Shown: positions 1 to 12,879 of the stretch, piece by piece
Numbering within the stretch: position 1 is the stretch's first letter
How the letters are laid out: the number at the start of each line of letters is the position of its first letter
Source: Raja brachyura
Taxonomy: Eukaryota
Direction of reading: 5' to 3'
Length of the DNA: 64,000 nucleotides
NCBI GenBank assembly: GCA_963514005.1
Contig: OY740783.1
Location: 83,266,001-83,330,000 of the forward strand
The notes under the pieces: model-generated
The model's input: the letters and a program-made list of their open reading frames with translations, nothing else
Database searches by the model: none
Told to the model about the DNA's origin: nothing
Program-made: the position numbers and the translations under genes

Positions 1-776
1 TAGGCAGTAAGAGCAACAGACAACAGGCAGAAGAGCTCAGAGAACAGGCAGCAAAGCAACAACCAGAGAGCAGGCTTCACGGTGACACTGGGAACAGGCA
101 ACAGAGCAACAGAATGGCAACTAAACAAAAATCATTCACTGTCAGTAACAATCATCATAGGAAATGGCAAAACATTTGGCAAGAGAGTGACAAAGTGCAG
201 ATTAGGACAATTATCATTTTTTCAAGTACATGAGACAGAAAATATCAACATAACAGTAATGAAAGATGGAGGGCGATGTAGTAACACAGACATCAGGCAC
301 TGGAGCACAATTCAATGAGAATGAAAGAGGACAACTAAGAGAAAGTATGCAAAGAAATTACAATTGGAAAATAATATTAGTCATAAAATAAACAACAGAG
401 CAACAATTGGTTAGAGGGCAGTGAAAGTACAGTGGAGCACCAGCTAGTGAATGGGCAATGGGATAGCAATCATGCAACATGGCACAAAAAAACAATCAGT
501 GAACATGTAGGACTGAGAGAACAATAATTCAAATGCAGCAATGAAATGACAATCAGAGACTGAGAATTATAGCAACAGAGAGCAGACAATGTGGTCAATG
601 GAACCACAGTCTGATAACAGGCACAGAGTAACACCAGAGAGCAGCAGGGGAGCAGTTAATGAGTTGCCATTGGAGCAACAATCATAGAAAGCAGCCAGAA
701 GTGCAAGAGTCAATGAACAATAGCAATGGATCAACTGGCAACCTTCAAAGGGAATCGACTAATAGATGAAGGGATT

Positions 777-1005
777 GACACAAAATACTGGAGTAATTCA
801 ACGGGACAGGCAGTATCTCTGGAAAGAAGGAATGGGTGACGTTTTGGGTTGATACCCGTTCTTCAGACTGAGAGTCAGGGGAGAGGGAGACACAGAGATA
901 TGGAAGGGTGTGGTGTGACAATGAGTCATCAAAGGCGATGGACATCAAGGAAAATGTAGCACAGATCATTGTTAGCTCGGGGAAGGTGACAATGAAGCAT
1001 AACAA
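777..1005 (-). mobile_element. Penelope-derived terminal-repeat copy with degenerate hammerhead motif
   Basis: Reverse complement reads CTGAAGAACGGGTATCAACCCAAAACGTCACCCATTCC; similar to the 3' end of the element at 15882-16150. Confidence 0.8.
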
Positions 1006-2507
1006 ATGAAGGGATCATTGAATCAATTCAATGTATAAGATATGTTCATGGACAAACTATCAGAGAGGGTATACAGTGAATATGAATTTGAGCTTGAAAG
1101 TGGATTTAGTGTGCATGGATAAGGGGACAAGAATCAACAAGTAATGGACCAACAATCAAAGAGCCATATGATCAACAATCAGAAAGTGTGGACAACAGAA
1201 CAAAAAACAGACATTTGGCAAGAGTAACACGCAGAACAAATACACAATGTAAGAAAAATCAGCGGGACTATGAACAATTGAATAGCAACCAGAGAGAGGG
1301 CAATACAATAGCAGTCAAGGAGAACCATTAATACAGCAAATATGAGGCAGAATATATATCATGGAACAAACAGAGAGACTGAGCAATTGGGGTGCAAACA
1401 ATAAGAGAATCCACAACAAAACCCATTTCAGAGCACTCAGTGGCTTGAGCATTGTTCCTGGTGGCTAGCAATGTTACAGCAGACATTACAACAAACAGAC
1501 AGCGAGAAATGGGCCATCTGTGAGGGGACAGTGGAGCAACAATCCAAGAGTGGATAAAGAAGATAAAGGAGATAACGGGTAAAGGAATTAATCCAGATAG
1601 TATGTTACAAGAATCAGGAAGATGGTAGCAATCAGGGACATTATGAAATAGAACCAGGACCGAAAGGATTGTGGGGATCCAACAGAGAGACAGATTGGAC
1701 AATGTAAAGAGAGTGAGTAATTTAGTAAATAGGAGAGAGTGTATCACCAGAGACAATCAGAAAGGACAAAAGAGCAAAAGGCGGAACAACCAAGGCAGCA
1801 CAATAACTGAGTAATGGAACAAGAATGCCGCAAATTACATCGTGAAGCAGCAATTTGAGAGATGGTGCATAAGAACCACGAGAGAGAGTTTTAATGAAGC
1901 AACATTTGGAAAATAGGCAATGAATGGGAAAAGAGACAAGTATAAACGTCCAGCAAAATAGTAACAATCAGAATGATTGTGTAACGTAGCGATGGTGAGA
2001 AATAGCTGGCAATGAGGCAACAATCAGTAGTGGAGGCCAGTGGAACAACAGTAAAAAAAAGGACCAATGGGATCAATCATCTGAAATCAGGAAAAGGAGT
2101 AACTTGCAAGGATGAGACAATAGAGCAACAACCATGCAAGTGAACATCAAATGAACAATCAATGTACAGGCAACAGATGACATTCTATTAAATAAACAAA
2201 CATAGGAACAAACAACAGCAGAACATACCGAGAGTGTGCACACTTGTAAATGTTTGAAGAAATATTGAAATCAGCAATACTCGGAGACATTGAACAATGG
2301 AGCAACAAACAGAGCGCAACAGAGTGTAACACCAGGTAGAATTGAAGCAACAATCAGAGTGTGGATGATGGACCAGAGACCAAGCAGTTAAGCAACAATC
2401 AGTGAGTGTAGCCAATGGAACAGCAATTTTGAGGGAGTGGCCACAGTAAAACAGGCAGCTAGTTAGGGAGCAAAAAGTAGAGACTGGGCAGTGGAACAAA
2501 AATCAGC

Positions 2508-2740
2508 AATTTTCAGAGAACAGAGAGTTGTGAATCTGTGGATTTCTCTGCCATAGATGGCAGTGGAGGCCAATTCACTGGATGTTTTCAAGAGCTCTTA
2601 GGGCTAAAGGAACCAAGGGATATGGGGAAAAAGCAGGAATGGGGTACTGATTTTGGATGATCAGCCATGATCACATTGAATGGCGGTGCTGACGCGAAGA
2701 GCCGAATGGCCTACTCCTGCACCTATTTTCTATGTTTCTA
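2508..2740 (+). mobile_element. CR1-type LINE 3' fragment
   Basis: agagttgtgaatctgtgg...gcagtggaggcc...gaatggcctactcctgc, ending in a tttctatgtttctat tail; homologous to 26700-26945. Confidence 0.8.
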
Positions 2741-3884
2741 TTGATGTAAACAGTAAATGGAGTACCATTCGGAGGGTAGGTTGGTGCACCAACAAGCACA
2801 GACAGGCAGTAGAGCAGCAACCATATGTCAATGAATGAAGCAACAGGGAGAGTCCTAAATAACACTTTACAATCACGATCAAACAGTAACTGCCTCAGGC
2901 ACATCACAGAAGCATGATCATAAAATTTGATATGAGCCACAAATGAAGAAGATATTCAAAGACTTAGGTGTTATGAAGCTTTTTAAAACAAAGAGAGAAT
3001 TACTGAAGTGGTGAGGTTTGTAGTGAAATTCTGGAATTTCAATCCTAAACACATAAGGGCAAATTCAAAAGAATAAGCAGCTGAACAACAATCTGACATG
3101 TCAAGGAGGACCATATATCAGTTCAGTGAAATTGCAGTGCTTTTAGGCGAGAGCCAGAATCCTTTGCATACACATTATGTTTACTTTTGTAACAGTTGGA
3201 AGTTGAGTGGCTGGGGTAAAGGAACTCAGGTTAGAAATGCACAATATTTTCAGAGTGGTGCACTGTGCTGTTAGAGCATGTGTAACATTTTATTGCTGCT
3301 GCTTTCCTATTCCCAGGTGTTTATGCTGCGCTGCATTTAATAGTGAAGATTATACTGTTGTACCGCTCCTTGTAAAAATGTGAATATTTTGGTTTGTGTA
3401 ATTGCACGAAAACAAGTAAATTTAAGAAGGAGACAACTTTCTCCAATTGGAGAAAATGAGCAACATAAATGGACATAGGGGGGAGTTAAATCCGGAAGAA
3501 AATGAATGTTGATTCATAGTCTTGGTTAAGAACAATAGGACAGCCACAAAGAACACTGTAAAATATTAATTGACTATTTTTCATCATTCTGCAGTTCTGC
3601 TCTCAGAGGTAGAAAAATAAAGAACACTTCTTGGAGACAATTGTAGATAATCTCCTTCACAAACTAAGAAAATGTTCGAAGAGTAAACAAAAATCACTAA
3701 CATTTTTATATTTCTCATGATCATTCATTCTATGAACCTTTGAAAAAAAAGATGCAATTTTATAATTGTTCTGACAATACAGTATATGGTTTATACAGAG
3801 ATGTAAAATTAAACAGATGCCCCAGTTTCAGTATACTCAGCAGTGGCACAGGAGTAAGGAACTGAAGCAACTTGAGAATAAAAT

Positions 3885-3982
3885 GTGTGGGAAATGTGTC
3901 TCGATCCGAAGCGTCACCCATTCCTTCTCTCCAGAGATGCTTCCTGTCCGGCTCAGTTACTTCAGCATTTTGTGTCTACGTT
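3885..3982 (+). mobile_element. Short Penelope-derived repeat with 17-bp TSD
   Basis: cgatccgaagcgtcacccattccttctctccagagatgc...; flanked by CAACTTGAGAATAAAAT at 3868-3884 and 3983-3999. Confidence 0.85.
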
Positions 3983-5294
3983 CAACTTGAGAATAAAATT
4001 GTACCAAATAATTGGTGTTCTATTTAAGCATACAGTCTTACAAAAGCCTTTTAATCACTATCAAGTAGTGTGGCACCAATTTCAGAAAGAAAAGCCAGAT
4101 CAGCCCCAAACATTAGTACTATTTCTGTTCTCGCCTCACATTTACACTGAATATCTGTTTGTTTATTTCTTTACAGAGAAAGTGATTCAACTTCTTTCCA
4201 ATTATTAAGTATATTACATTGAAGGGACCAAAAAAAAGGTAGATTTCCAGAACCATTTAAATCACTGTTACTCACATTTGAACAGGCAATTGTGAATAGT
4301 GTAAGGCACAGTGAACAACAGACAGAAATTGCAGATCAGCACCATTCTGTAAATGCTATCTACAAACATACTGTCTTTAGATTTTGTCATATGCTTGGTT
4401 GGAATTACTACACAGTGGGCAGGAAATGTAAAGGGACATCCCCCACATGCCTTCCCAATTGATCCCTCCCAATAATTCCAAAGAGTATATTTAAAATTGC
4501 AGTGGAAAAGTCTGTTCATCTCCCCAATATTACTAAGGACAGAAGGACATGCATTAGGAAAATAATTTGTGAAGTGTGGCATTTTGCCATTACTACACTC
4601 TCTGCAGAGTGCAATTATTGGCTGCAGTCCGCAGTGTCAATTTAGATGGAGCTGAACGCAGTGGCAATTACTTTTTTTTTTAAATTTGCTACCACTTGAC
4701 ATACCCACTGAAGGAGCTGGTGCCATCCCACACCACCACAGGATGATAGCGCATTGCAGTGCACAGACCCTGCTGGCCCTCAGTTGTGATTCAAGATCTG
4801 CGGCTCTGTCATTTAGTGTAATAATGAATCAAATATGGAAATGGATGCAAGGAATTTCCTCTGAAACAATTGCGTTGCTTTGCAGCATCTGGCAATGAGT
4901 ATTACTTTGCTTAGATGGGGCATTTCTGTCACTAACAGGAAGATGACCCACTAAAAGAGGAAAGGAAGACCACGCAGTTTAAGCAGATTAGTCCCTGTTC
5001 ATGGCACTGGGGTTAGCTACTGGAAGATGCTCGAGGTTTAGGTGCCAGGAGATTCCTTATCCATTTCCTTTGATTTTTCTCTGCTATTAAATGTTAGGTC
5101 GTCTTCCTGGTGACATTTTCTGACTTCACTACTCCCTGGGAATGCACAGGATTAATTTGGGTTCTTTTAATTTAGGACTATTGGAATCTGATGTGGATGT
5201 CAAACAAAAGTAAAAGTCAAAAGAGAGTGCAGTGGCAAAATAACAAGTTTAATGCTTTCAAAGAGCAAGCACATGGTGGATCAAAAAACATCCT

Positions 5295-5422
5295 GTGTAG
5301 GAAGGAACTGCAGATACTGATTTCAACTGAAGATAAACACAAAAAGCTGAAGTAACTCAGTGGGACAGGCAGCATCTCTGGAGAAAAGGAATAGGTGATG
5401 TTTCGGGTCGAGACCCTTCTTC
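5295..5422 (-). mobile_element. Short Penelope-derived repeat (hammerhead core lacking C3)
   Basis: Reverse complement TTGAAGAAGGGTCTCGACCCGAAACATCACC; imperfect TSD tcaaaaaa(c)atcctgt on both sides. Confidence 0.8.
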
Positions 5423-5989
5423 AAAAAAATCCTGTAGTGTCTAACATATACACCTTCTCAACTTGTTCCTCAATCCCTATACTTTCCAGATCTATAACTA
5501 ATTGTCCCTTGAGCCCACTTGCACTGGTGTGCTACTGAGGTAATTAGCAATAATTACCCAATGGTCTATCACCCTATTGAGTGTGAAATTTCTCCCTAGC
5601 TTCCAAGTTCCTCATTTATAATCAGATCAGAAGATTGCTTTGGAATTGAAAAATAAACAGAAAATGCTGGATACGGGTCAAGCAGCATCCGTAGAGAAAG
5701 AAACAGAGTCAAAGTCTCAGGTCAAGGACCGTTCATCAGTTTATCTGAGCACTTCCAGCATTGTCTGCTTTCACTTCTCATTTTGATCCCTCATCTCTTA
5801 ATGTAGGATGTTTTTCATCATAATGTGCAATTTGTTTAATTTACTTTTTAAAGTTCCTTTTATAAATGTTGTAATCTTGTAGTGTTCCTTTTACAGTGTC
5901 TCCTTCATCTGGATTTTGTGGATTTTAGTTTCAAATTCCTCAACATAATACGTTCTTTCTCCTCAATGTTTTGCAGAGGGGTTGGTTTA

Positions 5990-6270
5990 AGATGTTAAAA
6001 TGTGCCCCATCTGATTCCACAGAAGGATGTAAAAGATGCTGTGGCACTATTTGAAGATGAGAAAGGGAATAAGCCTTGCTTACTTCTCCCACACTATCAT
6101 TAAAGTAGAATAACTATTCATTATCTCATTTGTGGAAGTGGCTGTGTGCAAATTCACATTTCATTACAACAGCAACTACACACCAAAGTAGTACTTAATT
6201 CAATATATTGATTAGATATACTTCCTGATATACAGAGGTCATTTAAAGTACTTTGTAACTACACATTTAT
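5990..6270 (+). mobile_element. Ancient Deu-domain SINE remnant (SacSINE/AmnSINE-like)
   Basis: ggatgtaaaagatgctgtggcactatttgaaga and gctgtgtgcaaatt...cattacaacagcaactaca resemble the recalled DeuSINE core. Confidence 0.55.
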
Positions 6271-6284
6271 TGCTTTCCTTTTCA

Positions 6285-6800
6285 CAGAACATAGAACAGT
6301 GCAGGGGTGCAGCACAGGAACAGGCCCTTCGACCCTTAATGGTTGTGCAGAATATGATGCCATTAAACTAATCTCCTCAGTCTGCACACAATTCATATTT
6401 CTCCCTTCCCTGCATATCCATGTGTCTCTTAAATGTCATTATTGAATCTGCCTTCACCACCATTCCAGGCAGTGTGTTCCAGGCACCCACCATACGATGT
6501 ATAAAAAAACTCGCCACACGCATTTCCTTTAAAATTTCCCTCTCTCACCTAAAAGCTGTACCCTCTCGTATTTGATTTGTTCATCCTGGGAAAAAGGATC
6601 CAAACGTCTTTCCTATTTATCTATACCTCTCATAATTGTATACTTCTATATGGTCTACTCTCTGCCTCCAACAGTCCAGAGAAAGCAATAAATATTTATC
6701 CAACTTCTCCTTACAGCTAATACCCTCTAATCCAGGCAGTATTCCGGTCAACCTCTACTGCACCCTCTGCAAAATCTCCACAACCTCCATGTAGCGAGGC
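6285..6800 (-). mobile_element. CR1-type LINE 3' fragment
   Basis: acatagaacagt...caggaacaggcccttcg...ttccaggcacccacca; homologous to 20248-20680. Confidence 0.75.
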
Positions 6801-9744
6801 AACTAGTTCGTCATGAAACTCGCAGTGTTTGATTTAATCAGTTTTACACCCCTTTATGCCTTCAGAGAGCAACAACAACTTTCCCATGTTACCAAAAGAG
6901 AGCAGTTTGAAGGCAATACTAATTCAATAAAAAACAGGAGGAGTATTGGTAATTTCTGATGCAGTGGGCTGTGGAGGGACAGCGATGGTAAAGGAGGGAG
7001 AGAGGGCAGGGGAGGAGGGGGAGGTGGAGAGGAAGTGATAATGGGTTGTATAAGGAATCGGTACCATTCTAATAAAACCAGATTTAAAAAAACAAAGCAC
7101 AGCAAAAATCATTGAAGTTAAACATTTGAAATGCTGGCCCAGAATAGACGGTGCCTCAAACAAATGCCAATTCCACAGTGAAGAGGATTCAATTGTTTTC
7201 TGGTCTTTCAAGAAAGTGCTGCCTGACTGCCCTGGCAGCATCAGTGAGTGGAAGCAAGCACTTGGGGAGATCAAAGCAACAACAGCGCGACTGACAGTGA
7301 GAACATAGTCTGCCACCCAGTTGGTCATGCAGCAGGCCGGACCTTGAACAATGAATGAATTTCCAAAACTTTCATTAATCGGTCCTTTACAAATCCATGG
7401 TCTGAGGCAAACAAAACTCTATTCAACAGCCCTGGCCAGCTAAGCTAGGTCAAAGCAAGGCATTCCTGGCCTACAGACCACGTTGCCCTTGTGTGTATCC
7501 AAGTATTTCACACAGCAGGTGGTCAACGACTTCACCTCCAAGCCTCTTGTGACTAAAATGAAAACTGAAAACTTGTCAGGGAGAGCAGATGCGACGTGAC
7601 TGAATTCAGGGCAGCGAGAAGCTTCCTATTCAAAGTCAAAAGCACTTTACATGTTTTGTTTTGTAAAATGACTTGCAGTTGGGGCTACAACCTCCGCTAG
7701 CAGACAGAAGTGGGACTCTTTAACCAAAGTGTTTCCCGCCATGTTGCTACATTAATTACATTGAAATGGAGACGAGGGGACGCCCATGGTCACCCAGATA
7801 GTTAGAGGTAATTGGCATGCATTAATCAGCAGATAGCTCCCATCAAGATCCTTCCAAAGTCACTCCTAAACTGCGAGATGAGGGGTTACGGCTCCCTACT
7901 TTGTATAACAATCCACGACAGATGTACTCGTACTAAGACTCAGCAATATACCTCCCACCAAGGCACAACATCTGCTGCAAGTCCATTTAATCCAAGAAAT
8001 CAAGAAGAAAAACTGCTCTCTAATTCATGTAGCAACCCTACAGATGTTGCCTTCCATTTATCCCTGTCGACCAATGTCTGTAACCCACTAGGTTAAACAT
8101 GAAGCTAATCAAATGCAACAATATAGAATGAACAGTAGATTGTTTTTTTGAATCCTTCAGGTTAAGCCACAAGGGGCAGGAATAAACAGATTCTCTAGGT
8201 CAGATGGAACTGGGGAAATCAATACGTTGTGAGAATATAGAGCTAGCACTAGTGTAGGTGACACCTCACTGAACTATCAAAAGAGTAAAATTACAAAGTC
8301 CAGAAGCAAGACAATTGCTGAAGTTTATCTCAGGTCAGTAATAGAGAAACCTCCGTTCATGTAGTTTCATCCACCTCCTTTACTTTCCAGTATTCTCACT
8401 ATATTAAATAAAAAACATTTTGCAGTCAGCTCACAGAAGGATTTTTAAAAATAAGAACAATGTGATGCACAACTGCTCCTTGTGTTTAATCTTTAAAAAT
8501 CCTGCCATGCCATTTTTTACAAATACTTGAGAGAGAGAGAGACGTGTCTTCAATTTTACACCTTATGGAAAAACAACCTAGCCATTCATATATCACCTTT
8601 CACAAGTACATGAAGTACAGTCACTGCTGAGAGACAGATGCTAATTTGCCCATAACAGTGGGTGATCTGGTAAACTAACGTCTATTGAGGAATCACCATA
8701 AGTCAAAATCCTGGAGGAAAAGCCCTTGTACCTCAGATTGCAAGGGGGACCTTTTATAGCTACCTGAGAAAGCAAAATACAGTTTGTAAACTCTCCAAAA
8801 GTGTCCCCTGTATTGTTCCTTCGGAAGTGTTCAGAAGGAATCTGGAAATATGGAGTATTTCTGTATACAGAACTGAAGGAGTTATCACTGGATCAAGCTG
8901 CAGCAACAGAACCAAAACTGATCGATGTTGAACATAAAGTATCCAAATCAAATCAATGCACCCACTCACGAGGACGACAACATATAATTTTCACTTCCTC
9001 CAACAATCAAGCAATTCACCACGATTCTGCCCTCTACATTTTTGTCATGCCCAATATAGAACAATATACATCTATAATGGATACTGAATTTCTTTGTAGT
9101 CAGCTACTGATTATTCCTTGATAAATCTGCAATACCAACATCACAAGACATTATTAACCTCTTGTGAATTTAGCAACACATCAAGGACATGCCGTGCACA
9201 CCAACTGCTGCTGCAAGCTCATTGAGAAAGCAGGATTAATATTAAACATGAAAGATGTATATAATCAGGTTATTAGAGAATGAATAAAAAAATAAAGTCA
9301 GCTTCAAACAGGAATCGTAAATGTTCAGACATCATTTGACATGAAAGAAACATCCAGCAGCTGGCAAACACCCTTTCACTCCTCTGCTTTGCTATGCTCT
9401 GTTTTAAACCCGGACATAGCGACTTCTGCAGGCTACTGCAGTCCCCGGTTCCATTTCCATCCTGCCAAGTCTCACACAAGAACAGGCTAGATCTTTAACC
9501 ATGGAATATTAATACTAAGTTTAGAGTATCCAGATAAATTCAGTTTCCAGGAGGACTTCAAAGGAAAGTAATGCAGGAGTGGTACTGAGTGTTTCTCATT
9601 CCTATAAGATGTAAATTATAATAAACCCTATCATTTCCCTAACCGGATCAGTAACTCATGCCATTCAAAGGCCATTCAAATTCTTCTTACACACCCAGCA
9701 ACACAACTCTATGTGGCTTTGTATTTAATGCAACACACTCCTTT

Positions 9745-9860
9745 TAGTCTGAAGAAGGGTCTTTTACAAAAGGTCTTTTACTTTTACCCGATACTTCACC
9801 CATTCCTTCTCTCCAGAGACGCTGCCTGTCCTGCTAAGTTACTCCAACATTTTGTGTCTG
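9745..9860 (+). mobile_element. Short Penelope-derived repeat, hammerhead stem II disrupted
   Basis: gtctgaagaagggtcttttac...acccgatacttcacccattccttctctccagaga. Confidence 0.75.
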
Positions 9861-10179
9861 ACTCAATTTGGCTAGTTTTTTTATTGATTGTAATGAAAAC
9901 TGAATTTATCCGGATACTCAGAACTCACTATTAGGGCTTCTATGGTTGAAACTCTAGCTCAGTATTATATGAGGATTGGCAGCACAGAAAGCTTTTCACT
10001 GTACCTCAGTACATGTGATAATAATAAGCTAAACTAAACTTAAACTTTGCAATGTTTGCGATTACAGAATCTACATTACAAATAACATTTCCCATTTTTT
10101 TATATCAGTGTCATTCTTCAAATATGAACCTATTACTTTGTGTTTTATTGTTTACACCAGTCCATTTTTAATTAGAAAG

Positions 10180-10510
10180 GAAATCTTGTATTTATGTAGC
10201 AGTATCCCAAAACAGGATAAAAGCTAGGAAAAGGGACTTTTCTGAAGTGCTGTTAAATGAATAATATGCTTTCAGTAAACTCCCACAAACATCAAAGTAT
10301 TAATGACTAAATAATTTTATTTGGTGACAATGATTTAGAAATAAATATTAGCTCGGGCATCAGGAATAATTTGTCCCATTTCTCAAAATACAGTAATGCC
10401 AAGAGACAAACCACAACCATGCCATTAGAAAGACTTCAATTTATATTCTCATCCAAACAAAGGTACCTCCAGCAGCGTGCCATTCCTTCAGCGCTGCACT
10501 GGAGTAATTG
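10180..10510 (-). mobile_element. Deu-domain SINE remnant
   Basis: aaactcccacaaaca, aaataaatattagc and ctcatccaaacaaaggtacctccagcagcgtgccattccttcag resemble the reverse of the family at 5990 and 14300. Confidence 0.5.
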
Positions 10511-10560
10511 CATTTTGCGCTGTTTTCATGGGGAAACACAAGGAACTCCAGATTCTGATT

Positions 10561-10742
10561 TACAAAAAAATGCTGGTGTAACTCAATGGGGCAAGCCGCA
10601 TCTCTGGAGAACTTAGATAGGTGAAATTTCGAGTCAAGATCCTTCTTCAGTCTGAAGCAGAGACCTGACCCAAAACGTTGCCTATTTATGTGCTCCAGAG
10701 ATGCTGCCTGAAAAGCTGAGTTACTCCAGCACTTTGTGTGTT
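10561..10742. mobile_element. Head-to-head inverted pair of Penelope-derived repeats
   Basis: Arms mirror around cttcttcagtctgaag (~10643-10658). Confidence 0.8.
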
Positions 10743-10784
10743 CTATGTGGGATTTGATCCATAACCTTTCAACTCAAGCATACA

Positions 10785-10938
10785 TGTGATATGAAGTGCT
10801 GGAATAAGTCAGCGGGTCAAGCTGCATCTGTGAGGGAATTGGATAGGTGAGGTTTTAGGTTGGCACCTTTCTTCATACTGACACCAGCACTTTGTGTTTC
10901 ACTCAAGATTCCAGCATCTGTAGTTCCTCGTGTCTACG
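10785..10938. mobile_element. Second inverted-pair Penelope-derived repeat
   Basis: aagtgctggaataagtcagcgggtcaagctgcatctg...ctttcttcatactg, then ccagcactttgtg...gattccagcatctgtagttcc. Confidence 0.65.
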
Positions 10939-11029
10939 TGTGCTATCAACTGAGAAGCATTGAAACCAAAGAAGTAAAGATTGAGGCAAAAAGGTAGCTA
11001 TTCTGATTTTATTTCTGAAGGATCTGAAT

Positions 11030-11850
11030 GCAGTCTCATATTCTCACCTATTTATCAATTATTTAAACAAACGAACAGGCATTGTATATCAAAATTTATA
11101 GATGGCATTAATTTAGATTACGCAATGTAAGGTGTAGATAAGGGAAAGAAGTTGCAAAGGGAATAGACAGATTACACGATGCACAAAATCTCCATAATTG
11201 GTTTAACAATGACAACTGTGCTTTAGACCCAAAAAGATAAATTGTAAAATGTTCTATTCTATTAAAAAAAAATTAGGAATGACAGAAGAGTGAAGAGATT
11301 TGGGAGGCCAAAAATGCAAATTATTTTTGGTCGATAGCTAAATGCAAATTGCAATTAGATACTTGATTGAATGTTAACATTTATTTCAAGAATAGAATAA
11401 ATTATATGTCAGGTGTTTAGAGGCTTGATCATATTTCATCCTGATGCCCGTGGCTAGCTTTTGACAGGGTACAGTACTGTTTCATCTGAAAGGTAGACAA
11501 CTTATATTCTTGTATTATCTTCAGCATGCATTGGAGTTGAAATGTGAAAAGGAGGCAGTTAGAATACATAGAGAAAAACTGCCTGCTAGTGAAGGAAGCA
11601 AGAACAGGGAATGTAATCTCAAACTTAGAGCTAAATTTGGGAAGGGATTGTGAAAATACTATTTCATACAAAGGAAGTTGAAATTCTCCACTGGAACAGT
11701 TAAAGAGTATGAAATTGAGTTTGATGGTTTTTTATTGGGCAAAGATAAACAATATGGTGCTGAGGCCTACTACAGCCATGATGTAACTGAACAAGGAATT
11801 GGCCTCATGGGGGCTGAATGGTCTAATCATATCTCGCTGCTCTTCTTTTG
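11030..11850 (+). mobile_element. Highly decayed CR1-like LINE remnant
   Basis: Residual 3' motifs (cagccatgat, gggctgaatggtctaatc) shared with the other CR1 fragments. Confidence 0.45.
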
Positions 11851-12211
11851 AAAATAGGAATTTGAAGTTCACATGTAACAAAATGACGGGTGGATTTTAT
11901 ATGCAATGTTTAATGAGCTATGAGCTTATTATACGGTACAGGACTTTCAGGGTCCCTGAAGCTATTTAGATTACAGCCTGCTTTTACAATATTCTGGACT
12001 CAATGCCTGCAATCTTTCATAAATGTTACTCACTAATACTGGGAAGCTATCTAAGCAGATGATAAAAAAAGTTAATTAAAATCTCATACTTCCTCTTATA
12101 AAGTTCATATGTATACACATATATGAAGAAACTGAAAAGTAAGAAATCCTAATGTGTAAAACCAAGTTGAAAAAATTGAGACTATCGTATTTGATCAAAC
12201 ATGAAATTTAA

Positions 12212-12500
12212 TTTTGTTTGGTTTAGTTTAGAGATACAGCGCGGAAACAGGCCCTTCGGCCCACCATGTCCAGCCCGACCGCTCATTAACATTATCCTAC
12301 ACCCACTAGGGACAATTTTTACATTTACCAAGCCAATTAACCTACAAACCTGTACTTCTTTGGAGTGTGGGAGGAAACCGAAGATCTCGGAGAAAACCCA
12401 TGCGGAGAGAACGTACAAACTCCGTGCAGACAGCACCCGTAGTCCCAGTTCTCCGGTGCTGCACTCACTGTAAGGCAACAACTCTACCACTGTGACTGCC
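12212..12500 (-). mobile_element. tRNA-derived SINE (HE1/V-SINE-like)
   Basis: Tail tttagtttagagatacagc; core ttggagtgtgggaggaaaccg...aaactcc; head on minus strand ggcagtcacagtggtagagttg. Confidence 0.8.
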
Positions 12501-12654
12501 TTAATTCTCACTGCTCATGAACCCAGTCCATTAAAACATCCAAGCAGTGAGATTCAACCTCAACTCTGCTCCACCCTCCCCAAAGGAGTTGGCTTTCATT
12601 CCCCTCCCCTAATGCTGATGAGGTTCTCTCTCTTCCAATTTCCTGAAGATGTTC

Positions 12655-12862
12655 CAAAAGCAAAACACTGCAGAGGCTGGAATTCTGAATAAAAACAGAA
12701 CAGGCTTAAAATACAAAGCATGTCAGGCAGCATCTGCAGATAATTAATACTTTAGGTTGTTCATGGTTCTGAGGGAAGCTCATCAAGTTGAAATATTAAC
12801 TCTGTTTCCATCTTCATGGATGCTGATGAACTGATGAGCATTTCTAGCAGTATCTGTTTAAT
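12655..12862. mobile_element. Older inverted-pair Penelope-type repeat
   Basis: actgcagaggctggaattctgaat...caggcagcatctg, then ctgagggaagctcatcaagttgaaatattaactctg...gatgctg; related to 5655-5775 and 46170-46345. Confidence 0.55.
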
Positions 12863-12879
12863 CCTTGAAGATGTTAATT

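Larger units (their letters stand above)
1..2900. repeat. Degenerate A/purine-rich cryptic repeat with recurring AGAGCAACAATCAG-like motif
   Basis: Strong A/G skew on plus strand. GAGCAAC and AACAAT(C) recur many times. Interrupted by TE fragments at ~777 and ~2508. Confidence 0.7.

Noticed and set aside
1328-2499. Cluster of Leu/Cys/Phe-rich minus-strand ORFs
   Set aside because: By-product of the skewed low-complexity tract, which has few stop codons; no recognisable domain.
8690-8780. Possible exon 6 after a minus-strand acceptor (tttctcag|GTAGC)
   Set aside because: Translation has no similarity to the partial homeodomain exon and hits a stop; exon 6 was not found anywhere in 1-21630.
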